DNA from: Vairimorpha necatrix
Lineage: Eukaryota
Direction of reading: 5' to 3'
Length of the DNA: 64,000 bases
NCBI GenBank assembly: GCA_036630325.1
Contig: CP142731.1
Coordinates: 310,001 to 374,000, forward strand
Shown: positions 46,535-58,149 of the stretch, piece by piece
Numbering within the stretch: the stretch's first letter is position 1
Layout of the letters: each line of letters opens with the position of its first letter
The notes under the pieces: model-generated
The model's database searches: none
The model's input: only the letters and a program-made list of their open reading frames with translations
Told to the model about the DNA's origin: nothing
Made by a program: the position numbers and the translations under genes

Positions 46535-48095
46535 CTAGCGTATGCTTTCCCGTTTTGAAAACGGGATTTATAGTTTTGTTTTATAATATGTACCTCCTTT
46601 ATCTTTTTGTGAATTTCCATTTTGGGAAGAACGAATTTGAAAAGGAGAAAACATGATTTTGAAAAATACTTTTTAGTAACATATAAGGAGTAAATTTGAT
46701 CTAAAAACATTTAATAATTATAATAAGATAAGTTTGGGAAATTCTAAGCTCAAGTTTTGACACTTATATTCAAAATCCTTATTAGTTAATTGTTTTATGA
46801 ATTTTTGTGGAAGGGTTAAATAAATTCTAAAAAACGATTCTGACGATATTTTGGAACTGAGTTTTACAAAAAATTTATAAAAAACAAAAATGCATTTACA
46901 CATAATATACTTACTTACAATAATCATATCGAAACATTAGATTTAAATTTAATATTTTTAATACACAATAAGTATGAAATAAATAGTTTAGAAATTTCAA
47001 AGTCACAAAAAAGAGGGGCAAAAAATTAAATAAAATTCTTTTATATATATGACTAGCGTATGCTCTCCCGTTTTGAAAACGGGCTTTAATATATTTTGTT
47101 TATTGCATTTACTTCTTCCTTTATTTTTTTTGAGTTTCCAATTTGGAATGAATGAATTTGAAAAGGAGAAAACATGATTTTAAAAAATTCTTTTTAGTGA
47201 CATATAAGGAGTAAAGTTGAGCTAAAAACATTTAATAATTATAATACGATAATTTATGTAACTTCTAAGCTCAAGTTTTGACACTTTTATTCAATTTCTT
47301 CTTTGTTATTTGTTTTTGCAATTTTATCTGGAAGGGTTAAATAAATTCTAAAAAACGATTCTGACAATATTTTGGAACTGAGTTTAACAAAAATAATAAT
47401 CAAAATTAAAATGTATTAACACATAGTATACACACTTACTGTAATCATATCGAAACATTAGATTTAAATTTAATATTTTTAATACACAATAAGTATGAAA
47501 TAAATAGTTTAGAAATTTCAAAGTCACAAAAAAGAGGGGCAAAAAATTAAATAAAATTCTTTTATATATATGACTAGCGTATGCTTTCCCGTTTTGAAAA
47601 CGGGATCGAAATGTTTAGTTTGCTAATATGTCTTATATCCTTAAATTTTGTAAAGTTTCCATTTTGGGATGAATGAATTTAATAAGGAGAAAACATAATT
47701 TTTAAAAATACTTTTTAGTAACATATAAGGAGTAAAGTCGAGCTAAAAACATTTAATAATTATAATGAGATAATTGTGGGAATTTCTAAGCTCAAATATT
47801 GATACTTATATTCAAAATCTTTATTAGTTAATTGTTTTTACAATTTTTCGTGGAAGGGTCAAATAAATTCTAAAAAACGATTCTGACGATATTTTGGAAC
47901 TGAGTTTAACAAAAATAATAATCAAAATTAAAAAGTATTAACTAATAACATACACACTTAGAATAGTCAAATTAAAGCAATAAATCTATATTTGATATTA
48001 TATTAACGTAAAAAGCTCAAACCATATCGTATAGAATTTTTAAAACCACAAAAAAGAGGGGTAAAAAATTAAAAAAAATTATTTTATATATATGA
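46535..48095 (-). mobile_element. Three non-autonomous Helitron units head-to-tail (46535-47052, 47053-47573, 47574-48095)
   Basis: CTAG|TC junctions (plus strand tatatga|ctagcgtatgc) at 46534/5, 47052/3 and 47573/4. Same termini and hairpin in each. Confidence 0.92.
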
Positions 48096-48469
48096 TGATG
48101 GGTCAAGTTAGTTTTATTTTAAAATACTACCCCTTAACATTGTTAAGTTGTTTAATTCTTGAAAATTTTATAATTCCTAAAAGATTAATAAAATATGTGT
48201 CTTTGATTATAAGTACGGTCATTATAGAATTAAAAGAAACTAAATTCATAATGTACAAATTTACAAAATTTTTAAGAGCAAAAATAAAGTTATGTAGTCG
48301 ACGAAATATTACAAAAAGTTGTTAGAATTATTATTAATATTGACTGAGATGTTTTATAATTATATTTAAAAGATCAATCAATGATAGTATTATCATTTTT
48401 ATTCAAATGCTCAAAATAGATTAAAAACCTATCTGTTTCTGTTTTTTAATAATATATAAAATGGCATTA

Positions 48470-49180
48470 AAGAATCGAAATATTTTCTTAGAGAAACAAA
48501 AAAAATACACACTTTAACGAAAATGCAAAGATTGTAGATCTTATGGCCCCCCAATGTGATCGTATGCTTTCATGTGATTACATGATGCACAACGATGCAT
48601 ACATCTGCAGTTCTGTAAGACGTACGGGCTATCTTATGCTAAAAGAATTATCAATCACACAGTCCAGAAATGTGTATCTAACGAGTAGGTTGAGAAAGAG
48701 TAAACAGCTGGTACATTCAAGTATCAAAATAAAGTATAACAAGCCTGATGTAATAATTGAGGATAAAGGAAAGAAAAGATTGTTGTTGAGGTTGAAATCA
48801 CAAGCTTTAACGATATTTATGCTGTAGAAACAGTAATAATTAAAATACGACTTGCTTGCAAATCATGTGGCTTCTTTCAACAAAAAAAATCGAAATTATT
48901 TGTTACGTAGTGAATTGAGATGAATTATCATTATATTTAACGCGCGCATATCAAAAGCTGCGATTAGAATCCAGAACGAAAGTATATACGCAAACAAGAG
49001 TTCTTAAAAAGACTTTAGAAAGCCTAACTCTGTCAATAAGACATGGGCTTTATACTGAACAGGAAGGGGTACTCGAGGACCCAATATGTGGATTTCAGGA
49101 GGAACTCCGAGATCTTTCAGACGAGATTGTGATTGCATCTTGTAAAAAGTAATTAGCAAGTAATATATTATACGATAAAT
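48470..49180 (+). mobile_element. Decayed 3' fragment of the RLE-type non-LTR retrotransposon
   Basis: QCDRMLS.DY and HSSIKIKYNKPD. Colinear with the reverse complement of 50210-50940. Confidence 0.8.
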
Positions 49181-49325
49181 ATTTCATAAATTACATATTC
49201 TAGTTTTATCTATGTTTATACAAATCACTCTTTTTGCATGTTCCACTAGGTCAAACTATAGAAAAATCATCAATTATAGATATAAATGTAAAATGGAGGT
49301 TGACGGTTGTCTACGAACATTAGTA

Positions 49326-49974
49326 GGCGCTACTTCATTTTCTTGCCACCTAAAAAAATATATAAAAAGATACAAAATCTTGTTATTTTAAAATTTTAAA
49401 CTTTTTTTTTTTTGGGGGGGGGGGCAGGAAAATGAAATTTAGGTATTTTTTGACGATTTGAGAATTTTTAATTGTCTTTGAAGATTCAATATTAAGGGGT
49501 AAAAAAAAATTAATTTTTAAATCCCTACATGTTAAATCTCAAGAAGACTATTCAAGAATGAATTATTGTGAAGATGTGTGCTTTAGAACAATGAAGCAGC
49601 ATTTGAAGATTTTTTTAGACGCAAAATAAATCTGGCTCTATAATAATTACTGATGGTTTTATCTTATCCTCCTGCCTCTAGAAATTTTGGAAGCGAATAC
49701 TATATAGTAAAATATTCGCTTGGCCTTATAAATGCTGATGGAGGCAACACAAATCATATAGAAAATTTGTGGCCCCATTTTGAAGAACGAATATAGATCT
49801 AGAAGTGGGTTTATTAGGCATTAATTTATTTCTAAGAGCAATTCACAAGGAAAAAAAATAAATATCAAATATTCAAAAGATGATGATAAGGGCTCTCTTT
49901 TATTAAAATTTTAGAACTTTGTGTGTCAGATTGTAAAATAAATTTTTTAGGGAGCAAGAAAATAGTGTAGCGCC
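49326..49974 (+). mobile_element. Internally deleted Merlin transposon
   Basis: TIRs GGCGCTACTTCATTTTCTTGCCACCTAAAAAA versus the reverse complement of TTTTTTAGGGAGCAAGAAAATAGTGTAGCGCC. Remnants IITDG and TNHIENLW. Confidence 0.8.
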
Positions 49975-50209
49975 CATTGTGTTATTATCCGAATAAATTC
50001 AACATGATTTTACCGAATAAAAAAGATTTGAAAATATTTTTTATTGTATTTCCTCATAATTTAACTAAGTGCCGTGTTATATATAGTTTACACATTTATT
50101 AAAAGTTTTAAAATTATTATAAGAAAAAAAATCAACACGAAAATATACACCAATAACCAAGCATTACAACAGAATCTCTCTAAACATAAAAATATATAAA
50201 TTAAAAAAT

Positions 50210-51120
50210 ACTTTTTGGGGGTATAATTTATTAATTTACTTACTAATTATTTTTCACAAGCTCTGCTCAATTTCTTCTGGTAGTTTTCGGAGTTTCTCCT
50301 GAAATTTACATATTTGGTCCTCGGACACGCCTTCCTGTTCAGTATCAAGCCCATGTTCGACTGACATAGTTAGGCTTTCTAAAGTCTTTACAAGGCCTCT
50401 TGTTTGCATACATGCTTCCGTTCTAGATTTTAATCGCAGCTCTTTGATACGCGCGCGTTATATAATACTAATACATCCCAATTCATTACGTAATAAATAA
50501 TTTTAGTTTGAATTTGTAGAAAGAAGCCACATGATTTGCAAGCAAGTCATGTTATGAGCTTTTCTGTTTATACCGCATGAAGGTTGTTAAAGCTTGTGAT
50601 TTCAACCTCAACAACGATATCTTCTTTCCTCAACTTGTCCAGAATTAGTATATCAGGCTTGTTATACTTTATTTTGATACTTGAATGTATCCTAGTGTCA
50701 ACTCTTATTTCAACATACAGATTAGCTACACATTCCTGGATTGAATAATTTCTAATTCTTTTAGCATGGGATAATACATACGCCTTACATAACTGCAGGT
50801 GTATGCATCGCAGTGCCTCATTGTGCTGTCTCATGGAATCATGTGAAAGCATACGATCACATTGAGTGGCCATATGATATACTGTCTTTGCATGTTCATG
50901 ACAATGTGGGTTTTTTTGTTTTTCTAAGAATATGTTTCGGTCCTGTAGTACACATAAATTGCCTTCCTTTCTTTGGCTTATATTTCCTTTTGTAAGCCAC
51001 ATAGCAGCCTGATTTATATCAATGAGTATTTCGTCTTGTGGTCTAAATGGCTTTGAGTGTTTTATTTTTGTTTTTATATCGCTATAAAGAGCTTTGATTT
51101 GGGTCTCTATCAATGTTTTA
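50210..51120 (-). mobile_element. 5'-truncated RLE-type non-LTR retrotransposon
   Basis: ORF 50568-51113 has WLTKGNI, LQDRNIF, RQHNEALRCIH, IRVDTRI and KYNKPDILILD..VVEV, with a premature stop. 3' UTR shared with 9910-9960. Confidence 0.88.
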
Positions 51121-51978
51121 ACTGTGAGGGTTTCCTTAAATTATATTTCTCAATAAATTTACATTATAGTTTTGTTAAAATATTGCTGTAATAGTGACTA
51201 GATACGAAAAAATATAGGGTGCTATCTGCAACACTTACTCGTTTGTGTTAAAACAGAAGGGTTGACGCAACGTAATTTGTGTAGCTGTACTTTTAAATGA
51301 CTCTCCCAAAATAAGACCATATACGTTTTGCATTGTTTAGATAAATTTGCACACGATTGATCCGCTTTTTGTTTTTTGCCAAGAAAATATGTTTGATAGA
51401 AAAATGTCCGTTATTAGTAATTATTCTATAGATAAAAATATAGAAAAATCCTATGTAGCATAATACATCTAAAACTTTTGTATTGGACATTTTTAACAAA
51501 TATTTTGTTGTAATTTTTTATGTTCCAGCTCATCTTTTTTTAGATTTTTTTTATGTTAAGGTTTTTTGATTAACAAGATAAGTACAGAATTATATTGTAT
51601 AAACAGCGCGAAAAAATTGCCGCAATCATACATTTTAAAAAAAATAGATATTAAGCATTGTAATAGAGATAGTATAGTTTTATGAAAAAGATAGGCCAAT
51701 GCATAGTTGTCTTGCACGCCGTCAACAGTTGTTAAAAAAAGTATTTTTATTATTTTATACTGTCGATTTTTCTGTAATATTGTAGAACTGTCAACTTAAA
51801 AACACAATATATAGTAATATATCCATTTAACAATATAAATAGAATAGTTTAAAAAAGTCTTTTTTGTTCCATATTTAACTAGACAAAGTTTCAATATTAC
51901 CCCTGTTTTGATTAGCATGCTTTTCATTTATTCAATATATATAAAAATGAAATTACATAAAAAATTTTAAAATGTATT

Positions 51979-52212
51979 TTAATTTTTATTTATAGCTAAA
52001 AACCAAGTAATAAGAACACAAACAAATGAATAAAAAATGAAAAAAACGACGAACCTAGCAAAATCTTTGCATCTATTGCCTGTGATATTAGTATCTTCTC
52101 CCAATAACGCAACAGAATCTTCTATTTGTACGGTATAAATTGCTGTTTTTATGATTTGGTTTAATAGTATGATGGTCAGTAAGCAATGCAATAAATTTCT
52201 ATGAATATTCAT
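51979..52212 (-). CDS. Small membrane-anchored protein family, paralog 6
   Basis: MNIHRNLLHCLLTIILL...YTVQIED...FVVFFIFYSFVCVLI. CCCATATG start. Confidence 0.8.
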   Translation of the reverse strand: MNIHRNLLHCLLTIILLNQIIKTAIYTVQIEDSVALLGEDTNITGNRCKDFARFVVFFIFYSFVCVLITWFLAINKN

Positions 52213-53959
52213 ATGGGCTAAAATTTTTTATATTTTATAAGTTTTAGACAATCGAGGAATTCAATGATATATTAGATTACAATACTTTCAACAAAATTGG
52301 TGTGCTCTATATCACATAACAAATTTTATGAAACGATAAGTTTAAATATTTTTTTTAATGTTATTACTAATTGAATGTTTCAATTTCATTTACATAATAA
52401 ATTATTTCTTATAAAAATTTTGTTCAGTATACATTTCTTATGATTATGTCATAATGATTTATTTATAGTTTTTTCCTAAAAAACATCTACATTGTTTTGT
52501 ATATTCCTTTAAGAACTTTTCCTATAATTTTTTCTATTTTAATAAATCAATATTTTCTAAAAATATTAATTGTATCTATTACTTTTACTATTTATTATTT
52601 CTACGTTTTTCCTATGATCAGACTCTTTATTAATCATTTTATTGTTCTATCAAACATAAATAATATTGCATACAAATATAATCATGATACTTTTCGCAGA
52701 TAGTAGCAAATGATAAACAATATAATTTTATATCCATTTAAAATTTAGAAAATTAAAAAATTAATGTTTTTGCGGCTTATTATATTTGTTACAATATCTA
52801 TAAAGATACACGGGGATACCAAGGCGTGTAACATATGCGGCAATGAAATGATTCCGATGTATGAATATTGTTGGATTTCGTCCTTTTTATTAAGACGGAA
52901 CGTCGTTGTATATTAATGGAATAAATCGCTATAAGAAAAACATATAACATTGTTTTAAACATACGTTCAAAATTTAATATAAATTTACTACGTCAATATT
53001 CTAGTTTACAGAATTTTTAGATGCATAAGGAATCGATAAAACCTCATCTAATAAAGCCAGATTAAAAATGAACACACACACAATTCCTGTTTATTGATTA
53101 AATAGACATTTTGTAAGATTTTTTTTAAATATATAAATCCTTAAGTATAATAAATAGCAAAAATTCTTTATGCTATAATAATAAAATATTAGATCAATAT
53201 TTAGTATAAAAGGCGGCCTCTTTTTAAACTAGACGTCAGAGTACTTAATTGCATAGAAATGTTCTGTGTTTCAATATCTGTAAGCTTATATTCATAAGAT
53301 TAAAAAAAAGATTAAATAGGATAAAAGTGGATTGTTTTTTTGACTTTCATGGGGATCTAACTTTAACAACTTTTATGGTCTTATGTAAAAAAACATATAA
53401 TAGGTCTTATGTAAAGAAAATATGTTTATACAAACTAAACTACGATGTAAATTAGCATCTTGTTTTTTTTTCTAACATATCTTATAAGAAAGACCAGTGG
53501 TTTCTTCATATACAACTAATTTTTAAAATTTTATAGCAAAAAATTATTTATCTAAGACTTAATAATTTACTAATATTGTTGTAGCAGTATTAATTCAAAT
53601 GAGAATTTTTTAGCAGTATTTTGCCTCGTCTGCATTAGCTGTTTTAAGTCGTTATTTCTTCTGAATTTTTTCAAGACATTCTTAAGATTATTAAAAATAG
53701 TATAAGCTTTATTTTTATAATAAATTTCCAATACTCTTTTGTATATTGTGATAATGCCGGCCTAATTTCAATGAAGTATTAGTTTTTATTATAGTTCCAA
53801 GCATTAGCTCCAGCTCATTGTTTTTGGTTTTATGTCGCGTTTTTTTTTCAAATAGTTAAAAGTTTTAGCAAATATATTTCGCTGTCATAAAAGATATTAA
53901 AAACTTAATCATGTTTCAGTCTACATTTTACAGAAAAAAGAGGATTAAAGATAAATCAT

Positions 53960-54223
53960 TTAATATCGGTAGCTTAAATATACCACAACAAAAACAACAA
54001 CAGACACGTACATTATTAAAGCTGTCAACGCAAGATTTTCCGAAGTCTTTATAGTTTCTTTATCTTTATATATATTATTGTTGATATGGCCACCATCATA
54101 ACTGTCTTTTTTATGAATTCTTTCGTTGTCTAACACATCTATTATATGAGAGGATGTTGATAAGACTGTATTTAATAACACAAAAGACATTATGCAAAAC
54201 ACAAAGTTTTTGTAAATATTCAT
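53960..54223 (-). CDS. Small membrane-anchored protein family, paralog 7
   Basis: MNIYKNFVFCIMSFVLL...IIDVLDN...LALTALIMYVSVVVFVVVYL. CCCACATG start. Confidence 0.8.
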   Translation of the reverse strand: MNIYKNFVFCIMSFVLLNTVLSTSSHIIDVLDNERIHKKDSYDGGHINNNIYKDKETIKTSENLALTALIMYVSVVVFVVVYLSYRY

Positions 54224-55149
54224 GTGGGTATTTGTTAAGAAAAATAAGTTTTAATTTTGCAAATTTTATAATATTAAAAAAGTCTAATTTGATCATTAGT
54301 TGAAAAAATTTACATTTTAACTTGCTCGTTTTTTATTCTCAAATTCAACATAATTGTAAAAATTTTAGTTACTTGAGGAAACTGATAAATGTACATGTCT
54401 TTTAAAGGCCGTTGGAAGAGTCTCATATGTAGGTTTAGCATTATAAAGTGCATTTATATGAAAAATTTGCAGCTGCTTAGATTTTAAGAAGTTGATATTT
54501 TTAAACACAAGAGGAGACAGACTTAATTTTACAGTATGAAGCTTCTTATCAAAAAAAATTGTTTTTAATCTCACTTGTATTGTGATATCATCATAAAAAA
54601 GCCTGTCTTATGATTTTGTTCGCCGCATTGTATCGTTTTAATGTAATATCGATGACTGTCATCTTAAAAAAGCGCCCAATTCTATACTATTATTTTTGCG
54701 CGAGGCTAGGAATATTATCCCAGATCCAATCAGCTTGCTTTTATAATAAATGACAGCAGACGTACAAATTATCACAGGATATTTGCTACTAAATTCTTAG
54801 TAAGGAATACGACTAGGCCGTAAAATGTTATTAAGTTGCATCTTATTATTTCCTAAATTGAATAGAATAAGATAATATTATATTTAAAATAATATTATTT
54901 TAACTCATGCCATTTCTAATAGAGTTAAGAAGTCTGTTAAATATAAATATTATCTATGTTTAGTCTCTTCATAATTTTATTAAGAAGTGTACTACACCTC
55001 CCCTTTTTGTTTACCCTTTTGGGTAAATGTCATTTCCGGTATATTTGATCAGTAAATATCCTTGTTACTATTCTGACAGTAAATTTTTACTACACGATAC
55101 ATTCATTAGATGAATTTAGATTTGAATTTTTTTTGGCCCTCATTTCCAG

Positions 55150-55623
55150 ATGTCTGATTTTTATTCTTTGTCAGCTCTCGACACTTCCAAATCATTAGTA
55201 GATTTATCATCTTACAAAGACAATCTTCTCATTATCTCAAATGTCGCCAGTGATTGTGGCCTCACCAAGTCAAATTACACTTCTTTCAAGTTACTTATAG
55301 ATGAATATTACGATAAAGGACTCCGTATTCTTCTATTCCCTTGTTCTCAGTTTCTAAACCAAGAATCTGGAGATATAGAAAGTATTAAAAAGAGAGTCGA
55401 GGAGATTTCGCCCAAATTAATTTTATTTGATAAAATTGATGTTATGGGATCTAAACAAGATCCCATTTTTAAGTATTTGAGGAGTAATGAGCCGTCGGGA
55501 TGGTTTAATTTTGTAAAGTGGAATTTTATGAAGTGGGTTGTTAAAGACGGGAAAGTGTTGAAGAGATTTGGGCCTACAGAAATTATAAAGAGTGAAGATA
55601 TTAGTCAATATTTTAGTAAATAA
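55150..55623 (+). CDS. GPX: Glutathione peroxidase family protein (Cys-type)
   Basis: NVASDCGLT, FPCSQFLNQE, LFDKIDVMG..QDPIFKYL and KWNFMKW. Confidence 0.93.
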   Translation: MSDFYSLSALDTSKSLVDLSSYKDNLLIISNVASDCGLTKSNYTSFKLLIDEYYDKGLRILLFPCSQFLNQESGDIESIKKRVEEISPKLILFDKIDVMGSKQDPIFKYLRSNEPSGWFNFVKWNFMKWVVKDGKVLKRFGPTEIIKSEDISQYFSK

Positions 55624-56215
55624 ATAATTGACATTACAGTCTTCTTAATCTTTATTAAATTCGTTTTTTTAAGTTTATTTACACTATATAATCTTTACAT
55701 TTCTTTCAAATTGCCCGGTGAGTAAATACAACTCCAATTTATATTGCTTTTTTTCATAACACTATCAAAGTGAAATTGATTAGCTTATAAATTTCTAGAA
55801 GTAGATGTAATCTTTAAGTTTTGTTCCATAGTATATTGACTAAACATGACACAAAACAATCTGGGCCTCTAAATTATCATCTTTTTACATTTTAAAAATG
55901 TGTGTTGTCGAGTTAGTCCAGAGACAAGAATCAGTGCTTTTTAAACACAAGATATATTTTTGATTTTTTTTTTTTCTCTTTATGCCCTTCTGGGGGCAAT
56001 TTGCTTAAATGCATTATACCAAAATACAGTATTCTGAAGAGGGGCGAAATAAATCAAAATATTTATAAGACACATATTTCCAAGAAAGAAGTTTCTATTT
56101 ATTTATAAACATTAAATGTGTCTTGATCATATCTATAATATTCTCCTTTGTTTTGATCATATCTATTATATTTCTCATAGTATTTTACAATATTGATTCC
56201 TTTTTTATACACCCC

Positions 56216-56800
56216 ATGTCTCTAGAGGGATCAAATTTCTATAAATTATCTGCCATAGACTACAAAGACAATCTCATTGACTTCTCCCAGTACAAAGGTA
56301 AAATGTTACTTATCACTAATATGGCCTCTACTTGCGGCCTGGCCAAGAGTAATCTTTCAGTCTTGGCTGATATTCTGACTCTTTACAGGGAGTTCGGCCT
56401 CGAGATCTTGATTTTCCCCTGTCTCCAGTACGCCAAGGATGACACAGACATCCTTAAAAAGATGTATGAGATAATAATCGACTACTCTGATAAATTCACA
56501 GTCTTCAGTGACATAAACTTGATAGGAAAAGATATTCATCCTGTGTATAAGCACATTATAAAGTACAGTAAGGGATTTGTAGGGAGATTTATGAAGTGGA
56601 ACTTCGCGAAATTTATTATAAATGAGAAGGGAGTAATTGTCAAGATGTTTGAGCCTGGAGACCGAATAGAAGTGAACGAGAAGATATTTAAGAAATTATT
56701 GAAGAATAAGAAAGTGCAGATTGAAGAAAGAGAGGTATTAAAATATGAGACAGATCCATATGATTTAGAGAACAGTAGTGACGAGGAATTATTTTATTAA
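56216..56800 (+). CDS. Second, divergent glutathione peroxidase family protein with an acidic C-terminal tail
   Basis: NMASTCGL, FPCLQY, HPVYK and KWNFAKF. Likely start is ATG 56216 after CCCC. Confidence 0.88.
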   Translation: MSLEGSNFYKLSAIDYKDNLIDFSQYKGKMLLITNMASTCGLAKSNLSVLADILTLYREFGLEILIFPCLQYAKDDTDILKKMYEIIIDYSDKFTVFSDINLIGKDIHPVYKHIIKYSKGFVGRFMKWNFAKFIINEKGVIVKMFEPGDRIEVNEKIFKKLLKNKKVQIEEREVLKYETDPYDLENSSDEELFY

Positions 56801-56817
56801 AATAAAAACAGAAAAAA

Positions 56818-56990
56818 AATATCTTATTATATAATAATATTGTATTTATAATAATATCTTATTATATAATATTGTATTATATAATAATGTTTGTATTATA
56901 ATTATATTGTATTATATAATAATGTTTGTATTTATAATAATATTGTATTTATAATAATATTGTATTTATAATAATGTTTGTATTTTATAA
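56818..56990. repeat. AT-rich minisatellite
   Basis: Repeated tataataatattgtatt variants. Confidence 0.75.
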
Positions 56991-57055
56991 AGTCATTATA
57001 GACTTACTTTTCTTTAGATTTATTTTTTTAAAAAGTTTCTTTTTTTTTGCCCCCC

Positions 57056-57844
57056 ATGTTTTGGCTTTTGTTACTGCAAAATGTCTTCTCTAATAAAACA
57101 AGTCTAGAAGATCTTTATCTCATTCCTCCCTACATAAATGGTAAAGGAATCTCCTCTGTAGTCAATCTTATGGGAGAAAACTCTATTCTCTCTCATGGTA
57201 GTGATCAACATATAAAACTCGCTTATATGTCTCCAAACTCAGCAGGCGCTTTAGTCTACAGAAATCAATTAGGAATTGACAAATTCCTAATTGAAATAAA
57301 ACTAAACATCTCTGATTTAAAATACAAAGGCCAAGAAAATCATGGAATCCTCATCTTCTTTACTAAATCTGATAATGTAGAAATAGGTGATTTTTATGGT
57401 ATAAAAGGCGACTGCGACTTCGCAGTCGCCTTAGACATCAAAGAAGGACTGGATGTGAACATCAAAGTATTTGTAAACAATAAAATGCAGAAAAGTGTAA
57501 ACTACAGATTCTTCGAAGAAGATGATGTAAAAATAAGAATAAAACAAGGAGATAAATTGGAAGTAGAGGCTGATGACACATACGATAATGTAGTGGTCTA
57601 TGACTCTGATAAATATTTTATAAATAAAATGTCATTTTTGGGAATATCAGCGAGTAATGGGGAAAATACTGAGGCATCATTTGCATTGAGATCTGTGGAA
57701 TTTAGTAATATAAAAATAGTACCAAAATATTTTGAGAGAGGTGAACGAGAAGGAAATAATAAATTGACTATGGTGGTATTTATAATATCTATAGGAGGAA
57801 TCATATACTACTTGTATAATCAGCGAAATATTAAAAGGGTTTAA
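57056..57844 (+). CDS. Probable L-type lectin cargo receptor (VIP36/ERGIC-53/Emp46-like)
   Basis: Signal peptide, LIPPY, HGILIFFT...GDFYG...FAVALD, FLGISASNG, C-terminal TM and a short basic tail. Confidence 0.7.
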   Translation: MFWLLLLQNVFSNKTSLEDLYLIPPYINGKGISSVVNLMGENSILSHGSDQHIKLAYMSPNSAGALVYRNQLGIDKFLIEIKLNISDLKYKGQENHGILIFFTKSDNVEIGDFYGIKGDCDFAVALDIKEGLDVNIKVFVNNKMQKSVNYRFFEEDDVKIRIKQGDKLEVEADDTYDNVVVYDSDKYFINKMSFLGISASNGENTEASFALRSVEFSNIKIVPKYFERGEREGNNKLTMVVFIISIGGIIYYLYNQRNIKRV

Positions 57845-58149
57845 TAAAAAAAAACTACTTCTAAAATTTATAGCGCATATTGTGTATAATATTATATTAT
57901 AACACATATTGTGTATAATATTATATACAATTAAAAATCTTAACTAGTTTTATTACTATTAAAAATAATATAAATCTTATATAAGTCTAATATAAGTCTA
58001 GTATAAATCTAGTATAAATCTAGTATAAATCTAATATAAATCTAATATTAGTTGATTTAGATTTTGTTTACAAATGTAAAATTTATCATGTTTAGAAGAG
58101 ATTTATTATACAATATAATATAAGTCATTGCAAATTTATTTTGTAGCTT

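Noticed and set aside
49401-49424. T13-G11 homopolymer junction
   Set aside because: Slippage-expanded run inside a dead Merlin copy. No evidence of function.
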